Below, piece by piece: positions 62,813 to 64,000 of a stretch of DNA of 64,000 bases. This stretch comes from Gammaproteobacteria bacterium. Its GTDB lineage: Bacteria; Pseudomonadota; Gammaproteobacteria; Eutrophobiales; Eutrophobiaceae. Numbering within the stretch: the stretch's first letter is position 1; every line of letters starts with the position of its first letter. A model generated the notes under the pieces. The model was not told the DNA's origin, ran no database searches, and worked only from the letters and a program-made list of their open reading frames with translations. The translations under genes and the position numbers were made by a program. The DNA lies in assembly GCA_965221695.1 (NCBI GenBank), contig OZ244905.1, positions 2,720,001 to 2,784,000 on the forward strand, in the 5' to 3' direction.

Positions 62813-63229
62813 GTGGTCAGGTACCTGTTGGATACGGATACGTCCATCGCCATCATGGATGATTCTCCTGTTCATGTGCGGCAGCAATTGAAAAAAAACC
62901 GTGTTGATGAGGTAGGCATCTCGACCATCACCCTGTATGAATTGCAGTACGGCGTGAGTAAATCACGAAAACGCCGCCGCAACAGCGCGACCTTGAATAG
63001 TTTTCTTGCGTATATCCAGGTACTGGAGTGGACTCGGGAATGTGCTTATTCGGCGGGGAACCTGCGCGCTGAGCTGGAAAAGCGCGGCAACCTCATTGGC
63101 CCCTATGATTTACTGATCGCAGCGCACGCCACCACCTTGGGAGCAACACTTGTCACGCATAACGTTAAGGAATTCATACAGGTGGATAATTTAAGAATAC
63201 AGGACTGGGTGGGGACGGAAACAGCATAA
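62813..63229 (+). CDS. vapC: VapC PIN-domain toxin
   Basis: YLLDTD, ELQYG, IGPYDLLIAAHA, LVTHNVKEF. Confidence 0.93.
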   Translation: MVRYLLDTDTSIAIMDDSPVHVRQQLKKNRVDEVGISTITLYELQYGVSKSRKRRRNSATLNSFLAYIQVLEWTRECAYSAGNLRAELEKRGNLIGPYDLLIAAHATTLGATLVTHNVKEFIQVDNLRIQDWVGTETA

Positions 63230-63276
63230 CCTGCGTTAAGTGTGTGCTTGTCTGTGGCTAAGCGGCGGCGTGAACG

Positions 63277-63426
63277 GGGATCAAGACAGTGATAGAGTTG
63301 AAGTGGGAGTGCCATCTTCCGGGAAGAAGGTGAAGACCGACACATAATACTATATCAGTTCCCTGCCCATGGATGTTGAGCGGGTGCCGCAGATGATGCG
63401 ACGGTGTTGGGAGGTCGAGAAAGGGG
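63277..63426 (+). pseudogene. Decayed ISAs1-family transposase fragment
   Basis: GIKTVI..., then after a frameshift/stop YYISSLPMDVERVPQMMRRCWEVEKG, resembling the ISAs1 RYYISSL...R.HW.IEN motif. Confidence 0.5.
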
Positions 63427-63557
63427 TTGCCCTGATAGTGTATTGATGTAAGCAATATATGCTTGACAAATGATGCTATACTAATTTTCCCCAGTAGGAA
63501 AGAGATTAGTATCAGAGATTAGTATCAATCATGCAGAGAGGAACAGTGGCAGAGTCA

Positions 63558-63740
63558 ATGAAAATAAGTCCTCAGAGAGAAAAAGATATTCTTGGCGCCT
63601 TGAAAAAGGCTGGCGAACAAATGACTCCAGAGCAGAAACGCCAACAAAGAATATCCTTTGTTATGGGAACCTTGGATAGTGAGAGCACCATCACGCGTGA
63701 TTTTGTGGAAGCTGTATTGGAGAAAACTCACGGGACGTAG
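63558..63740 (+). CDS. Small protein upstream of Fic, candidate antitoxin
   Basis: 60-aa helical ORF whose stop is 5 bp before the Fic start; contains QRISFVMGTLDSES. Confidence 0.6.
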   Translation: MKISPQREKDILGALKKAGEQMTPEQKRQQRISFVMGTLDSESTITRDFVEAVLEKTHGT

Positions 63741-63745
63741 AGTGC

Positions 63746-64000
63746 ATGATACTTTATGAATTAACGGGACAAAACGAAAGTGATCCAATATATGAAGCCC
63801 TTGAGGTTTCGAACGGTGGTCGTCATTACAGTTTTCTGGAATCAATAGTCTCTGCGTCTATTGAAATTGGTCGACCCTTTCTCTCACAAACAATAATAAA
63901 AGCAATAAACTATCATGCCATAGTCTGTCTTCATATTAATGCAGGCGAATATCGCCCTTGTGAAGTAGAAGTTGGAGATTACACGCCACCACCACATTAT
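63746..64000 (+). CDS. Fic-family protein, N-terminal part (runs off the window)
   Basis: Manual translation MILYELTGQNESD...IIKAINYHAI...AGEYRPCEVEVGDYTPPPHY matches the Fic flap region; the catalytic HPFxxGNGR motif would lie beyond the edge. Confidence 0.65.
   Translation, partial: MILYELTGQNESDPIYEALEVSNGGRHYSFLESIVSASIEIGRPFLSQTIIKAINYHAIVCLHINAGEYRPCEVEVGDYTPPPHY

Overview
A GC-rich bacterial chromosome segment; the carA-carB-greA-rlmE-ftsH-glmM synteny points to a gammaproteobacterium. From left to right it holds: a partial long Lhr helicase, GFA and MocA-like genes; the core carAB-greA-rlmE-ftsH-glmM block (no folP) running into a long-form serA and a DUF1015 gene; tRNA-Ser(CGA) followed by two 177-bp tRNA-linked repeats and a low-GC AAA ATPase; an 8-gene cluster (19.7-28.8 kb) combining a MotA/TolQ/ExbB-type channel and an ExbD/MotB-like partner with four FHA proteins (one a dead trypsin-like receptor), a PP2C phosphatase and a membrane Ser/Thr kinase with an FGE-sulfatase-fold domain; a Sel1-SPOR protein; a catabolic region (2 TonB receptors, 3 divergent enolase-superfamily enzymes, a PQQ quinohemoprotein dehydrogenase, DUF3604, an MFS transporter, an MBL hydrolase); an allantoin/hydantoin cluster; boxC-boxB without boxA; an SDR, a sulfatase, vapBC and the start of a Fic module. 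The kinase/FHA/motor cluster is the best candidate for an undescribed system. A 151-bp five-hairpin MITE with IS5-like 4-bp target duplications occurs three times, plus shorter derivatives. All product calls come from motif recognition only; no database searches were run.
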